A DNA stretch of 64,000 bases from Octopus sinensis (Eukaryota), in contig NC_042997.1 of the NCBI RefSeq assembly GCF_006345805.1, positions 127,782,001 through 127,846,000 on the forward strand, in the 5' to 3' direction. The notes under the pieces are model-generated. The model had not been told where the DNA came from. It saw nothing but the letters and a program-made list of their open reading frames with translations, and did not search any database. The number at the start of each line of letters is the position of its first letter. Within the stretch, counting starts at the first letter, position 1. Made by a program: the position numbers and the translations under genes. Below, one piece after another: positions 47,641 through 61,122 of the stretch.

Positions 47641-50279
47641 TTTTTGCCTTATACATTTGTCTATGCTGATCTTTCGCTGATGAGCATCTGTGAGTCTGTC
47701 ACTAGCTACTCATACCATAATTTATTAGCCTACTCTCACTTTAACCGCTTGAATTACCTCCCACCACTTCCTGCGTCAACTACCTCTCCCCGACTGTTTG
47801 GTCAGCTTCCCACAGCCCTTCATGATATTCACTTTCTCTTCAATCAACGAAGTAGTGGCTAAGTTGTCGTTAACCCTGCTAGAAATTGCAACCAAATTCA
47901 CTTGAATCATATCCTGTTATCTTAAATAATGAAATGGAACATTGAAAAAGGTAACCCCGAATGTACAAAAAAGATTGTTATAGCTTGATCAACATCGATC
48001 AGATATTTGCTCAGTCAGGGCTGGCCTATGACCAAATAAAAATAAAAAGCGCTGTCACTCGGTCTAAAATAATTTATTCACTTCTTTTTCCCTTCCGCTT
48101 GTCATCACTTCATTATCCGTCCAAACACACACAGACACACTTATACACACAGTATAGACAGACAGATAGATGGACAGATAGCTAGACAGATAGACAGACA
48201 TTTAAATAGAGTTAACATATGTAATTTCGGTGTAACGATGAGCAATATAGTATCTGAAAACACGTGGAAGGTCATAGGGCTTCATATTTTACAAACAACG
48301 TTCAACAACTATCAAACAACGTTCAACAGCTTCAAATCTTGCCTGTATCAATATTATGGAGTATTAAATATATGGAATATGAATGTCCATCAGTTAGATA
48401 TGTTACTGTTGAAACAAATAAACGCCTAGTTAATATTACAAGATATAACCTTAGATCTAAAAACAGAATATTGCAAGTTATAACCTCAGACCTAAAAACA
48501 AATATATAGTGATCCTTTTAAGGATCCGAATAGAGATGTACCATACATAAATACCGATTCAAATAATCCGTTTCTCATGGTTAAGAAGTCAGTGAAAAAT
48601 GTAAATATACGCTCATCTACTATTTCATCTGATAGATCTATCGTCTCCTTCCATCATCTTCTTGCTTTTTATGTAGTTCAGGCTTCCGGCAGGCGAAGAG
48701 AAAAGACTTCAAGTACAACTGCTATTTACAACTGGTTTATTTACAGGAGAGGTGAAATGTGCTGCTCTCAGCTACCATCTTAAAATCCGATAGTGTGGGC
48801 GCATTGCCTCTGGAGATAGACAGGCAGAAAGTATCTTCTTGTGGTGGTGTTCAGCCAGTGCTGCTGTGTAGTAGCGCCGAAGAAAAGACAGGTCTAAATC
48901 GGTTTACCCTTTATATAGTTTTTTTCCATCGCGAGCCTGGTTGTGATCTCGTGCATGGCAAATGGATGCAGGTGAGGCCTTGATCCAGTCTCGGAGATGG
49001 CAATGACTGCCGCGAGATCTCATCCAATATGGCGCTGTCTGCTTATGCCGCTACAGATCTTCCTTCAACAAAATAGACACTACTTACAGTGAAGCGTTAG
49101 AACAAAGAGAGCTGCAAGATAAAACTAATCATAGCAATCGTGGTAATTGCCAGACAAGTAGAAACAGTAAGCGTTAAATCATTTGTTTTGTGTCTCGTTT
49201 TAGTCACAATCTAAACCCCTATTGTTTGACATCTTGTTCTGTCAGATAAACACTTTTTGAAGACTGATAAATATTATAAAAATTTAAATAGAGATAACGT
49301 TAAATTTAGCTTCAGCTGCCCACATAGTTTTGCTACAAAAATAGCAAATATCAATAGTAAAAACCAACAACAATCTAAATCTAATACTTTCCGTTATTGT
49401 AACCGTCTTAATTTCTATTAAATAATTGATGTCTCTCGAAATCAACTGTTTATTGTGCAAAAAGTATTTACAGGTGATAATTCAGTTTCCAAAGATTATA
49501 TCAGGTCGATGAAAATAATTTAAAGAGACATTTCGATCAGAATCAACGTTCTGTTAGAAATCTGGACAGATTTTTTGGGATGCTACTTTAACAAAATACA
49601 TATATGGTTTTGAAAAAATAGCATTTAAAAATAACAATGTTGGAGGCTATAATATATAGAATATATTGCATTATACTGAATCTTATGAACATGCTAATAA
49701 CGGTGTGACCTTTGCTTTTCAGAGAAAATTAATATACAATTTCATAAAGGCTCAATTTTTAACACCCGTTCAGAGTTTATATCTTTTTTTTTGTCAACAC
49801 AAATATTTGCTAAAATATTTTAAATCACATCACAGCTATAAACTGAACTGTCACGTAATGCATTAATCTACGCTCAAAAAATTTACTTTAGTTAACGCGA
49901 ACAAAAGAAAATTCGTTATTTTTATTGCCATATATGAAAAAGAAAATGATAATAAGGAACAGGTGGGCAAACGTCAGCCAGTCTTCTTATACAACAGCAT
50001 TCTAACTACATCAAAACGTTCTATATTGTTAACATGCTTATTCAATGGTTTTATAAATGTATCATATATAAATAATTGTTTTATTTATTTCGTTTGTTGC
50101 TTGAAAATCGATAACACGTGAAACTAATTGTCACAATCTATGTAATTTCAGCTTAAAATAAATTTGTAATCTGCTCCCATACTGAGATCTTTTCATCTCT
50201 GGCTTGCTTACCCACTGTTATTTATCTCATCTCTTATTCACTCTTTTCTTTCTTTTTCTCATTCGTTCTTTCTCTCTTT

Positions 50280-50343
50280 CTTTTGATCTCTCTCTCTCTC
50301 CCTCTATCTCTCTCTCTGTCTTTTTTCTGCGTCTGTATTTGTA

Positions 50344-50421
<78 letters not shown>

Positions 50422-50631
50422 TATATGTGTATGTATGTATGTATGTATGGATGGATGGATGGATGGATGGATGGATGGATGGATGTACATATGTATGTAT
50501 GTATGTATGAATACATGCAAGTATGTATGTATACATACATATGTATGTACGCATATGTAAGACTCAACAAAATTCAACCTACTAAGCGCGTACACAGACA
50601 GACAAACAGACAGACAGATAGATAGATAGTC

Positions 50632-50709
<78 letters not shown>

Positions 50710-50758
50710 GTAGGTAGGTAGGTAGATAGACAGACAGACAGACAGACAGATAGGTAGG

Positions 50759-50841
<83 letters not shown>

Positions 50842-51020
50842 GTAGGTAGGTAGGTAAGTAGATAGATAGAGAGAGAGAGAGAGAGAGACAGACCGACATA
50901 AAAAATATAGTTGCAAACATGCTATATACACACACATGTATGTATGTATGTGTGTATGTATGTGTGTGTGTATATATGTATGTATGTACGTACGTATGTA
51001 TGAATGTATGTATGTATGTT
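50280..51020. repeat. Compound (CT)/(TA)/(GATG)/(GATA)/(TATG) microsatellite
   Basis: Direct inspection. Confidence 0.95.
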
Positions 51021-51873
51021 TAATAAAACCTAACTTAGTTACCTAACGTTTAACATAATCTTCTTCGAAATAGTCACCTTGCGCTGCAATACATCGGTTC
51101 CAGCGATCCTGCTACTTTTGGAATCCAGCGTCGAAGTCATTTTCCATGAGTCGAGGATCTTCTCCGATCCACTCTTGACCTCGACAACCGTGTTAAAACG
51201 ATGACCTTTGAGCTGCATTTTCATCTTGGGGAAGAGATGGAAGTCCGCAGTTCCTAAATCTGGCGAACAAGGCGGTGCGGAAGCGATACCATGTTGTATA
51301 TGGCGAGAAACTCACGAGTGATGAGTGCTCGGTGAGAGGGTGAATCGTCGTCGTGAAGGATCAAGACGTTACGATTGACCACACGGATCCATACGATTGA
51401 CCAACAACATCATTAATGTTGTTTATCCTCATGCACAAGCTGAGGAATTTTCTCCACAATTCCGGATGTGATGCTTGTGTCAGGTCTTCCATATCACTCA
51501 CCGTCTTCCAGAAACGTCCTTCTGCTTTTGAAGCGCCCGTGTCGCTCCAAACATTATTTACGATTCATTGCTTTATCGTCATAATCTTGCCGAAGCATTC
51601 TCAATATTTCTAGCAGATTTCTCAATTTTAACGCAAAATTTCACGTTGGCTCTTTGTTCGAACTTTCTGTCAATAACAAAAACCGCAGACTGCAGCATAC
51701 ACGTGATCACAAAAAAACCCCACAAATTTCACAACTTGCGAAGTAAACAGCAAATGTCACTCGGCACACTGCCTCATGAAGGTCACTGCTAGGTCTCACT
51801 GTGCACGCAACCATGCGCTGCCATCTGTTGGCGCGCTACAGAACTAGTCTAGGAACTTTTTGATATTACTGCG
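51020..51873 (-). mobile_element. Internally deleted mariner
   Basis: EQRANVKFCVK...SPDLGTADFHLFPKMKMQLKGHRF...RWNRCIAAQGDYFE; TIR aactttttgatattactgcg|TA. Confidence 0.9.
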
Positions 51874-52079
51874 TATGTATGTATTTATATTATTCAATTT
51901 TATTTCAAGATTTCTTGCCAACAGAGAAAGAGCCGGGTTCTAACCTAGATCCAAGGCTTCTTCATTCGAATTTCACCGACATCAAGGCGTTTGTGTATGT
52001 ATGTATGTATGTATGTATATGTGTATAGGTACAGTATTTAGAATAAGTGCATTTTCAGGTTTCTATGTTTTGTTTTATG

Positions 52080-52378
52080 TGGAGGCACATGGCCTAGTGG
52101 TTAGAGCAGCGGACTCGCGGTCGAGGGATCGCGGGTTCGAATCTCAAACCGGATGATGTGTGTGTTTATGAGCGAAACACCTAAGCTCCATGCGGCTCCG
52201 GCAGAAGGTAATCTCGAACTTCTGCTGACTCTTTCGCCACAACTTTCTCTCACTCTTTCCTCCTGCATCTTGCAGCTCACCTGCGACGGACCGGCGTCGT
52301 CCAGGTGGGGCACCTATACGCCGAGGAAACCGGAAAACCGGCCCTTATGAGCCAGGCATGGCTCGAGAAGGAACACAC
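52080..52378 (+). mobile_element. tRNA SINE with head H1 and a V-like tail
   Basis: A-box tggcctagtgg, B-box gggttcgaatc; ctgcgacggaccggcgtc..gaaaccgg. Confidence 0.85.
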
Positions 52379-52454
52379 ATGTTTTGTTTTATGCTTGTAT
52401 TCTTATGCATATAGTTGCATGCCTAGACTTGCGCATATATACTTAAATGCTAAA

Positions 52455-53012
52455 CTTCTGGTAAGTTTATCAAATTTTCACAGTTCCATTGATTACTTGG
52501 ATCGGTAAACTTTCTGCAGTCAGTTTCCTCTATTCCGGTTTTGAGAAACCTAATTTCTCAAGATTGGTGCTAAGGCAGTTCGTTATATATCCAAATCCCT
52601 CAATAAATACAGGTATAAACCTAAGATTGTAATCCTGGTATGGCAACTTTAGATGTCTCAGTAGTTCATCATAGGTGATTTTTTTCGTTGATGGTAACAT
52701 CCGGTATCCGGGTGGCAGCTGCTTTCCACAACTGTACACAGTTTCTCTTCCCTATCTCAAATCACGATGTCAGTTCGATTATGTTTACATTTTATTAAGG
52801 TTCTCAGTGGGACATTCCACCAATACTTTTTCATAGTATAAGTGATTGTAGCCTCTACTATACTGTGGGCCTCAGGGTTATCCTTCCGACGTATCTCATT
52901 ATACAGCGTCCTGGCTACAACAGCATCAAGCATTCTTATATTCAAAGAGATTTCAGATGAGACCATCACCTCCTTAAAAGTATGTAGGACCACATTACCT
53001 AATATGTCTATC
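52455..53012 (-). mobile_element. R4/Dong-clade LINE 3' end (restriction-like endonuclease)
   Basis: YWWNVPLRTLIKCKHNRTDIVI...K.TYDELLRHL...RFIPVFIEGFGYITNCL: HNRPD-like RLE core. Confidence 0.85.
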
Positions 53013-53029
53013 ATTTGAAACAGTAAGGC

Positions 53030-53455
53030 GGTAAGCGGGTTGAATCGTTAGCATGTTGGACAAAATGCATAGCGGCATTTCTTCTGACACCTTACATTTC
53101 GCGTTCAAATGCCGCTAATTTAGAGTATTCCAATTCTCCTTTTGGGATCGAGAAAAGATATACTGGTTGAGTGCTAGACTCTATGTAATCGACTATCCTT
53201 CCCCGCCTAAAATTCTTGGTCTCGTTCCAAAATTTGACAGCAGGAATTTTAAAATATTTGGTAGCTATTTTTAGTATGTCGAGCAAACAAGTATATGATC
53301 AACAGAATTAAATCCATGAGAATCCCACCTTTTCAAAGAGTCTATAGGCTATATTCTTAAACTCGGTGGGATTTGAACTCTGAATACGTAGAGTTGGAAT
53401 GGATACCGTAAGACATTCTGTCCGATGTTCTAACGATTCTGCCAATTTTCCGCCT
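53030..53455. mobile_element. Two old family B copies in opposite orientation (53030-53245 plus, 53330-53455 minus)
   Basis: gttagcatgttggacaaaatgc...atgtaatcgac; gatttgaactctgaa...ctaacgattctgcca. Confidence 0.6.
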
Positions 53456-53994
53456 TGACATTACTGTTGAGTAGTGTAGTGCGACCGTTGTTGGAATTAC
53501 TGATGTTACATTTATTTTGTATAACATTTTATTGTTTATTTTGGGATTTATATTTTATCTTGGGAGGGTCGGTTTCCAATAATAAATACACGCACTGATT
53601 CTAATTCACTTCTTTTATTATTATTAGTCGGTTAGTTAATTTTTCAACCAGTTAATTAATTGCATATTTGATTAACCGTTGAATCAATCAGCGAGGTTCA
53701 TCGAAGACCTTTCGTCGATATTAGCGACCTACACACTCTCTACTCTATATCTGCTCTGCGGTTTATATTGTTTATAAATGTTTACCTGTTTTCTACTCCA
53801 GTTTATTTTGTTGTTAAGATGTCTGATGCTAGATTTTGTATGTATGTATGTATGTTGTATGTATGTATGTATGTATGTATGTATGTATGCATGCATGCAT
53901 GAATGCATGTATGTATGTATGTATGTATGTATGTATGTATGTATGTATGTATGTATGTATGCATGCATGTATGTACATACGTATGTGCGTATGT

Positions 53995-54411
53995 ATACTC
54001 TACTCTTACTCTCTTACTTGTTTCAGTCATGTGACTGTGGCCATGCTGCAGCAACGTCTTTAGTCGAGCAAATCAACCCCAGGACTTATTTTTTGTAAGC
54101 CTAGTACTTATTCTATCGGTCTCTTTTGCCGAACCGAACGGGGACGTAAACACACCACCATCGGTTGTCAAGCGATGTTGGGAGGGGGGGAATACAAACA
54201 CATAAACACACACAAATACATATATGTATATATATACATATATATATATGACGGGCTTCTTTCAGTTTCCGTCTACCAAATCCACTCACAAGGCTTTGGT
54301 CGGCCCGAGGCTACAGCAGAAAACACTTGCCCAAGGTGCCACGCAGTGGGAATGAACCCGGAACCATGTGGTTGGTAAGTAAGCTACTTACCACACAGCC
54401 GCTCCTGCGCC
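53995..54411 (-). mobile_element. SINE family A, full copy
   Basis: ttacttgtttcagtcatgtgactg...ccgctcctgcgcc. Confidence 0.95.
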
Positions 54412-54451
54412 AATATGTACACATATGTGTGTGTGTACATATGTACATATG

Positions 54452-54597
54452 TACGAGGTGGTATCAGAGAGTTGCTGGACTTGTTATGTTTAATAAAACG
54501 TAACTTAGTTACCTCAGGTTTAACATTATCTCCTTTGAAATAATCACCTTGCACAGTGACTACATCGGTTCCAGCGATCCTGCTACTTTTGGAATTC
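54452..54597 (-). mobile_element. Mariner 3' end with TIR (same family as 51020-51873)
   Basis: TA|cgaggtggtatcagagagtt; catcggttccagcgatcctgctacttttggaa is shared with 51082-51124. Confidence 0.85.
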
Positions 54598-54599
54598 GG

Positions 54600-55150
54600 C
54601 TTCGTTGGCTTTTATCCAAAAGCCACAGCTCATGGGCTGTAACTAGATCAAATCAAAGCATATATATATACATACTTTTGGTGTGTTTTGGTGTTTGGTT
54701 ATTTCAGGCTTGTAGACAGGATCTTTCATATTTTTTGCAATATGTCGACAATTGCTTTGTGTAATGCACGATATTGTATACTCCAGTATTTGCGTTGATA
54801 ACTGCGATATTGTTGGATTGTGTGAATCCTGATTCTGTTTCTTTGTGGAATTGGTTCCGTAGGACTTTTGTAGCTTGCGAAAGTATTTTTATTTCATTCC
54901 TTTATATGTGATCCCGTTGTGATAATGCCTGGTAAGTGATTAGAGGAGGGTTTTGGTTATTGTTGGCAATGTTGTTTGGGCAGCTAGATGTATATAGCAG
55001 AAGGGGATATTTGTGTATAGCAGAAAGGTATGTTTTAGTTTTTATTGATAAATTATGTGAGTGCATTGATCGATTCGTTTCAAATGTAAAGGAAATATAG
55101 ATGCGATGCCATGAAATCTCCCTTTTGGTTATCTGTATTTGTTTCATGCA
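54600..55150 (-). mobile_element. Probable Penelope-like element remnant
   Basis: YTSSCPNNI resembles the SYSC.PN motif between RT and GIY-YIG; otherwise decayed. Confidence 0.4.
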
Positions 55151-55396
55151 TTGAAAAATTCTCCTAGCGGTGGTCTTTAAGAGAATGTTTAATAGTTCCA
55201 GTGGAAGAATGGTTTGACAGTTGTTGCTGTTAAGACCCAGATATGCTCTGGTTAAGCTGACCTGTAATAAATGAGTTCCAGTTAACTACTTTATCCAATA
55301 TATCTACGATTACATTATCCAATTTCTCGTGACGGTAGAATGTAATTTACGGGAAACCTCGCTGCTATTTCTAAGAGGTCGAGGGACCCTGTAGAT

Positions 55397-55736
55397 CTGT
55401 GGTTCTCAACTGGGGTTCATATGACCCTTGTGGGGTCCATGTAAGAATTCGGGTTTTAAAATTTATGTATAATAAATTTGTTTTATCTCTACTACACACA
55501 AAATGTTTTAACAATTTTTAATACAATTCCTAATAATATTTAATAATAATAACAATATAATAATTTATTATTAATAATAATAATTTAAATGTTGAAGTGA
55601 ATCTAATAATATTTAATGATGAAAATAAAATGATTTTTTAAACATCGAATAGCTATGGGGTGGGGGCTGTCATCCGAGTAAAATAGGAATCAAAGGGGTC
55701 CATAGGTAAAAAAGAAATAAGGATTGAGAAAGACTG
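55397..55736. mobile_element. hAT (Charlie-like) MITE
   Basis: ctgtggttctcaactgggg...gattgagaaagactg; imperfect 8-bp flanks ctgtagat / ctgtaaag. Confidence 0.7.
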
Positions 55737-55804
55737 CTGTAAAGCTTCCCCCGTTGATGACTCAGTCGGAAATGTTTTAGTGACATTTATGAGTTTATTT
55801 GGTA

Positions 55805-56986
55805 ATCAAAATTCTTCCTGGCCTTAAGGGCATCGCGAAAGGGTAGAGTTGGTACCTTTACAGGGGAGGCTGGGCAACTGTTTAGGAGAGGATACGCAAG
55901 AAATCATGATAGTATACAATATATCTTTCTCTTTTCTGTAGATTTAACTCATGATAGCTAAATCCTCATATGGTGGATTTTGGCAAAATTGAAGCACGGG
56001 TGGTCATGAAGTTCCTCTTTTCGCAAAGCAAAGGAGCAGCGGGAATCCATGGTGAGAAGAAGGAAGGCTTAAAGGATGGCTGCCAATCTTGCTCCAGAGT
56101 GAAAATCTGGGTGTCTAGGTTTCGGACTGGGTACTTCGAGTTCACTGATGAACCCCGGTCAAGACGGCCAACTTCCGAAACTCCAGGGAACAAGGCCAAC
56201 GCTGTACACGCCATGATTCTCGAGAACCAATGGATTTCAGTTAAAGTCATAGCTGAGACTCTGGGGATTTCCCGTGAAAGAGTTGGCCACATTATCCACA
56301 ATATTCTGGACATGAGAAAGCTTTCCGCAAAATAGCCTGATTTTATGGCTGGTTTAGTCACCGTGGGTGAAACTTGGCGCTCGCTATTATGATCCCCAAA
56401 CCAAGCAGCAATCAATGGAGTGGTTCCACGGCGATTCACGGCGTCCCAAGAAGTCAGTTGGAAAGATTCTGGCTTCAGTGTTCTGGGACAAAGACGAAGT
56501 ACGGCTCATAAAATTCCTACCAAAGTGTCGCACCATCAATGCAGGATACTATGTATCTCTGAAGAACTTCGTGAAGCTTTGATGCAGAAAAGCTGTGGAA
56601 GGTTGAGCCACGGTGTCTTGCTTTTGGAGGACAATGCACTAGTACAAACAGCACAGGAAACTCTACGGAAAATACGCGACTTCGGCTTCGAATTGATAGA
56701 CCACCCACCTTATTCTCCTGATTTCGTCCCCCTCCGACTATCACCTCCTTTCACTACTGAAGAAACATCTCAAGGAAACGAAATTTCACTCCGATTCAGA
56801 AGTGACTGCTGCTGCAGAGGCCTGGTTAAAGGTCCAACCTTCCGAGTTCTAGGACTTAGAAAATTAAAGGACTGCTGCAATAAGTGAGTGACTCTGGGTG
56901 GGGAATATGCTGAATAAAATCATAATTAACTGATTGTCTTGCATTTTGTTTTACCAAAAGCCAGGAACTCTTCAGCACTCCCTCGG
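55805..56986 (+). mobile_element. Near full-length decayed mariner (D,D34D type)
   Basis: EARVVMKFLF...WVSRFRTG...DEPRSRRP; GETW; KILASVFWD; LLEDNA; HPPYSPD; right TIR gccaggaactcttcagcactccctcg; stops, frameshifts and a deletion. Confidence 0.93.
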
Positions 56987-58239
56987 AGCTTCTTTAATGA
57001 AACCACAGGCACGAAAAACAATAAATTAATATCATTATATTTAAGGACTATCAAAAAGCTAGCAAGAAATATTCTTGCGGTGAGCAAAAAAAAGAAGAAA
57101 AGAAGGAAAACATTCTTAGTCAATGGAGATAATTCCAAACGTGTTTTGGTCTTATATTTACCTCATCAACAATTCATATCTTACGCAGAGTAGTAATGAT
57201 ACAATTACTAAATGTAGATCATTGTTGTCATACGAAAATAGAATTGTTTAGAGAAAAAATTATTCTGAGAGGCACTCCGCATGCGAAAACAACTGTTAAG
57301 TTAGTATTCACATATTTCACGCAGTGCACTTTAAAAATTTCAATAAGAATAATTATGCAATGAGAAAGAAAGAACACTATTCGGTAACTTGTGGCTAATA
57401 TTATCTTCATTTTTCCTGAATATCTCGTTGGCAACATGTTTCGATCTTATTCTGTTCTCAGCAGCTTAGCATTCGCAATATTGCTGAAATAGTAATCAAA
57501 TATTTGCCGAGTAAATGTACAAGAACAGTGAAGTCTCTTCTTTACAGGTGAGTTCTGAATAAAACCTAAACATACCTGGAGCTCTGTTCCGTTGAAACCG
57601 GAAAAAATAAAATGAATATTAGTCATTGATTGATATTGATCAATATTGGCTTTTCTCACTCCATAATTATTTCTGGTTATTTTAATGACCTTTGCATTAA
57701 ATACATTAACACTAACTTATCTATTGTTTTAATGCGGATAGTGACTCTACAGCAGTTAACCTTCAAACAATTCTATTGCCAACGCCAGCCAATGTACAAT
57801 CTTGTACATTTATAGTTATTCCCTGGAGCGTAATTTAAAAGCCATTATCACGCTACGCTCTAAGTTAAATGAGAAAACGTTCTAAATATCGTACGTGAAA
57901 ATTTTCTTCAACTCATTTGACTTTGTTCATTAAATTTGTGATATTTAATACGGGGAATACTTTCCAGGAAGTTTATCAGCTGGTGTTATTTAAAACACCA
58001 TCTGCTTTCTCTCATTATTTATAAAAAATTTATCCTCGTTTCTACGTATCTCAAAACGTTTGGTTAAATTTGTGCCATAACTTCTCATCAATCATCAGCA
58101 CAGACTGGCTGCTCTAACTTCTGAAGATAAATTAGTTTCGAAATGTTCCCCTTTTTAATATGTTTAGCCTCACCTACATTTTATTTTGCTCGGTGATGAG
58201 TTGAGGAAAGATTTGTTAGAGAACAATATATGGCATGTA

Positions 58240-58440
58240 ACTTAATGTTAAGAGATATGGCGCTGACGAATATAAGATTGTGGTTTCGGTTCCCAGATCG
58301 AGTGATACACTGTGTTCTTGAACAAGACACTTCATTTCATGTTGCTTCAGTCAACTCAGCTGCAAATGAGCTCTAGCAGTAACTGGGGAATTAACCCTAA
58401 AACGGGCCGGCATCCCACGCCAAACAAATCGGGTTCACTT
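58240..58440 (+). mobile_element. CORE plus V-like SINE (family E), degenerate
   Basis: tgtggtttcggttccc; tgtgttcttgaacaagacacttcatttc; acgggccggcatcccac. Confidence 0.65.
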
Positions 58441-58532
58441 CTAGTCTACAGCTCAAGATAGACCTAAATCTAAGCTTAACTCTAATATATTGCCCTTCAC
58501 TTCAAGACATCACTTATCTTCCGAGTCTCAAA

Positions 58533-58640
<108 letters not shown>

Positions 58641-58799
58641 ACATCGTTATCGTCGCATTGGCAGCTAACCGAATTTCAAAAGAACATTTTCGCAAAAGCT
58701 GAATACATCGCAAAAATGTTTCAGAACACATACGCAAATTTTATTTCACTTTCTTTATTAATTTTTCTATATTTCCTTTTTTTTTCTTTTTTTTCGCTT

Positions 58800-59480
58800 T
58801 TCTTTTGCTTTGCGGAAACTTGGTAGAACGGCGTTAAACGTCTGAAAAAGTACCTTGCTGTATTTTTCTACTCTTTACGTGCTGATTTGACGGAAACTGT
58901 GTGAAAACCCGTTGTGTGTGCATATATGTATGTGTGCGTACATATATGCATGTGCCTGCATATATCTGTGCGTGTGTGCGTGTATGTGCGTCTCTTTGTG
59001 CTTGTTTTTGTCAAATACTTACAGTTTGACAACCAGCACTGATTTGTTCACTCCCTTTAACCTAGCAGTTCAGCAAAAGAAGCAAATGGAATATGAAAAC
59101 AAGTACTAGTCGATTTGTTCGTCTAAACTCCTTAAGACGGTGCCCCAGCATGGCTGCAGTCTAACGATTGAAATAATTAAAAACCTTTTCTTTCTTTCAG
59201 TCATTGGACTGCGACCACGCTGGGGCACCATTTTGAAGGATTTAGTTGAATAATTGACTTTAGCCATTATTTTTATTTAGGCCGGGTGCATATCCTGTCA
59301 ATCTCTTTACTCAGCCGCTTAGTAACTTAAACAAACCAATACCAGTTATCAAGCAGAGAAGGGGACAAACACAAATACAATGACACATACACATGCACAC
59401 ATACACTCATAAAACACACATACATACAAACATACATACATACATACATACATACATACACACACACGCACGCACACACA
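58800..59480. mobile_element. Two old family A copies tail-to-tail (58800-59180 plus, 59190-59480 minus)
   Basis: ggtgccccagcatggctgcagtc and tttcagtcattggactgcgaccacgctggggcacc. Confidence 0.75.
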
Positions 59481-59849
59481 CACACACACACACACGCATA
59501 TATAGATTGATTGTAATGGCCGGTCAGAGGGTGTCCATTGGTCTCGCAACCTAAACAGTTAGCTGTACAGGCGATTCGTCTGACACAAATGGCCAGCGGC
59601 ACATAACCTCTCAACAACTGGAGGGAAGAAAACGTTATGGCCAGTTTGTTTTGTAAACAAAAGATATACATCCGGAATGACCCTACAGAAAATTTTAGGC
59701 GGGACGGGATTATCTCTCTTATTTCCGTGACGATTTACGAAGCTCTAGGCGTGGTTCTAATAGGCAAATGAGGAATTCCAAGCTTTCAACAGAAAATGTC
59801 TCTGATGAGGACATTGAGTAAACACTTCTTTTCTAGAGTTTAAAAAGAC

Positions 59850-60130
59850 CCCTTGGTCAAGCAAGTTTTTCAGGATTCTTGTTCTTTATGCCAAGCAAAG
59901 CCTACATCTTTTGCTCCCGTTGATATACAACCTCTATTGTTCGAGAAGGTTCCATTTAATTATGTCTGGCATGCCCTGCTCTTTTAATGCCATACGTGGT
60001 TGATCAGGGACGTGATGTTGTGCCTTTCTGGTATCTTAAAAGAAGTCCTGTAATTGCTCAGACCGTGTTTAAAAGGGTTATCTATAAAGTCGACATGTTT
60101 CCGTATCTGTGATGTTTCTATGTCTGGATA
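59850..60130 (-). mobile_element. Possible R4/Dong zinc-knuckle remnant
   Basis: TCRL and ERHN...HVW in different frames. Confidence 0.4.
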
Positions 60131-60169
60131 TGATACAGCCGCAGTCGTTCTTTTCGTTAACTCTGGGCC

Positions 60170-60189
60170 TGATGTCGTTGTCGTCGTCG

Positions 60190-60233
<44 letters not shown>

Positions 60234-60400
60234 GCTGCTGATGTTGTTGTTGTTGTTGCTGCTGCTGCTGCTGCTAGAGTCGCTGCAGCTGCTGCTATTC
60301 CTGGACTGGTCTTGGTAATTCCTTTGTCGCTGTAGTTGCCGCCGTTGCTAGTTGCCCTATTGGAGTCGTTGCCGTCGTAGCTGTTGCTATTGTCTCTGCT
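60170..60400. repeat. (GTT)/(GCT) trinucleotide repeat, degenerate
   Basis: Direct inspection. Confidence 0.85.
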
Positions 60401-60582
60401 GCTCAGCTGCTGCCCTGGTTACCAGTACTGGTCACCATTTCGGCCTCGTACAAGACTCCTTCGGTTTCACCCGCAGCTCCACCCCCACTGGGTAGACATT
60501 GTACAACCTACAAGAACATCCTACCTCTACTCGTAGCTTAGAACTTACTAATATTGGGCGCGCAACTAAAAGAGACTCTTAA

Positions 60583-60713
60583 GCTGTGTCTATTAAATAA
60601 ACGTCCGTATTTTTGTGATTGTGAAGTGTTTGTCCACCAATCTAAGGAATATTCTTGGACAAGCACTCCACAAAATTAAACACACATACAGGCGTTTGTT
60701 TAATAGACACAAC
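60583..60713. mobile_element. 131-bp MITE with 28-bp TIRs and TTAA flanks
   Basis: TTAA|gctgtgtctattaaataaacgtccgtat...atacaggcgtttgtttaatagacacaac|TTAA; TIRs match at 24/28. Confidence 0.75.
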
Positions 60714-60839
60714 TTAAAAGTCTGATTCGATAACCACATAACCTCTTCGCAATACATCTAGGCACACTGGAAGTCGTATATTGAGACTACTTTGGAACAG
60801 AGCAGTTTGCATAAGGGTTTTCGATTTAAACACAAAGCC

Positions 60840-61020
60840 AACTATGTTGACGGAAACTGGGTGTTAGTAGATATCATCGACCCCAGTATTTGACTGGTAC
60901 TTCACTTTATAGACCAGGGATGATTGGAATGCCAAGTCGAAGTTGGTGGGATATGAGCCTCAGAACATAAAGCCCTAGAACAAGTACAGAGACTTTTTTC
61001 CGATGCTTTAACGATTCGGA
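60840..61020 (-). mobile_element. Old family B copy
   Basis: catcgaccccagtatttgactggtactt...aacgattc. Confidence 0.65.
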
Positions 61021-61122
61021 AGCCTTTTAAATAATAATATCCGACTAATAGAAATACGCATAGAAATATGCATCAATACATTGAGGATGCTTAGGACTCA
61101 TTGAGTTTGATAACAATACCGT

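Noticed and set aside
52080-52150. Functional tRNA gene (also heads at 19140 and 23095)
   Set aside because: A and B boxes are present, but there is no closing acceptor stem or terminator and the sequence continues into SINE bodies.
58115-58150. CTGAAGA...GAAA hammerhead-like core; also CTGATGA at 59802
   Set aside because: Stem I cannot form at 58121, and the 59802 motif lacks a GAAA with a pairing stem II.
59950-60420. About 150-codon stop-free Ala/Thr-rich frame on minus (mucin-like)
   Set aside because: No start codon or clear splice sites; composed of a trinucleotide repeat running into a probable LINE remnant.
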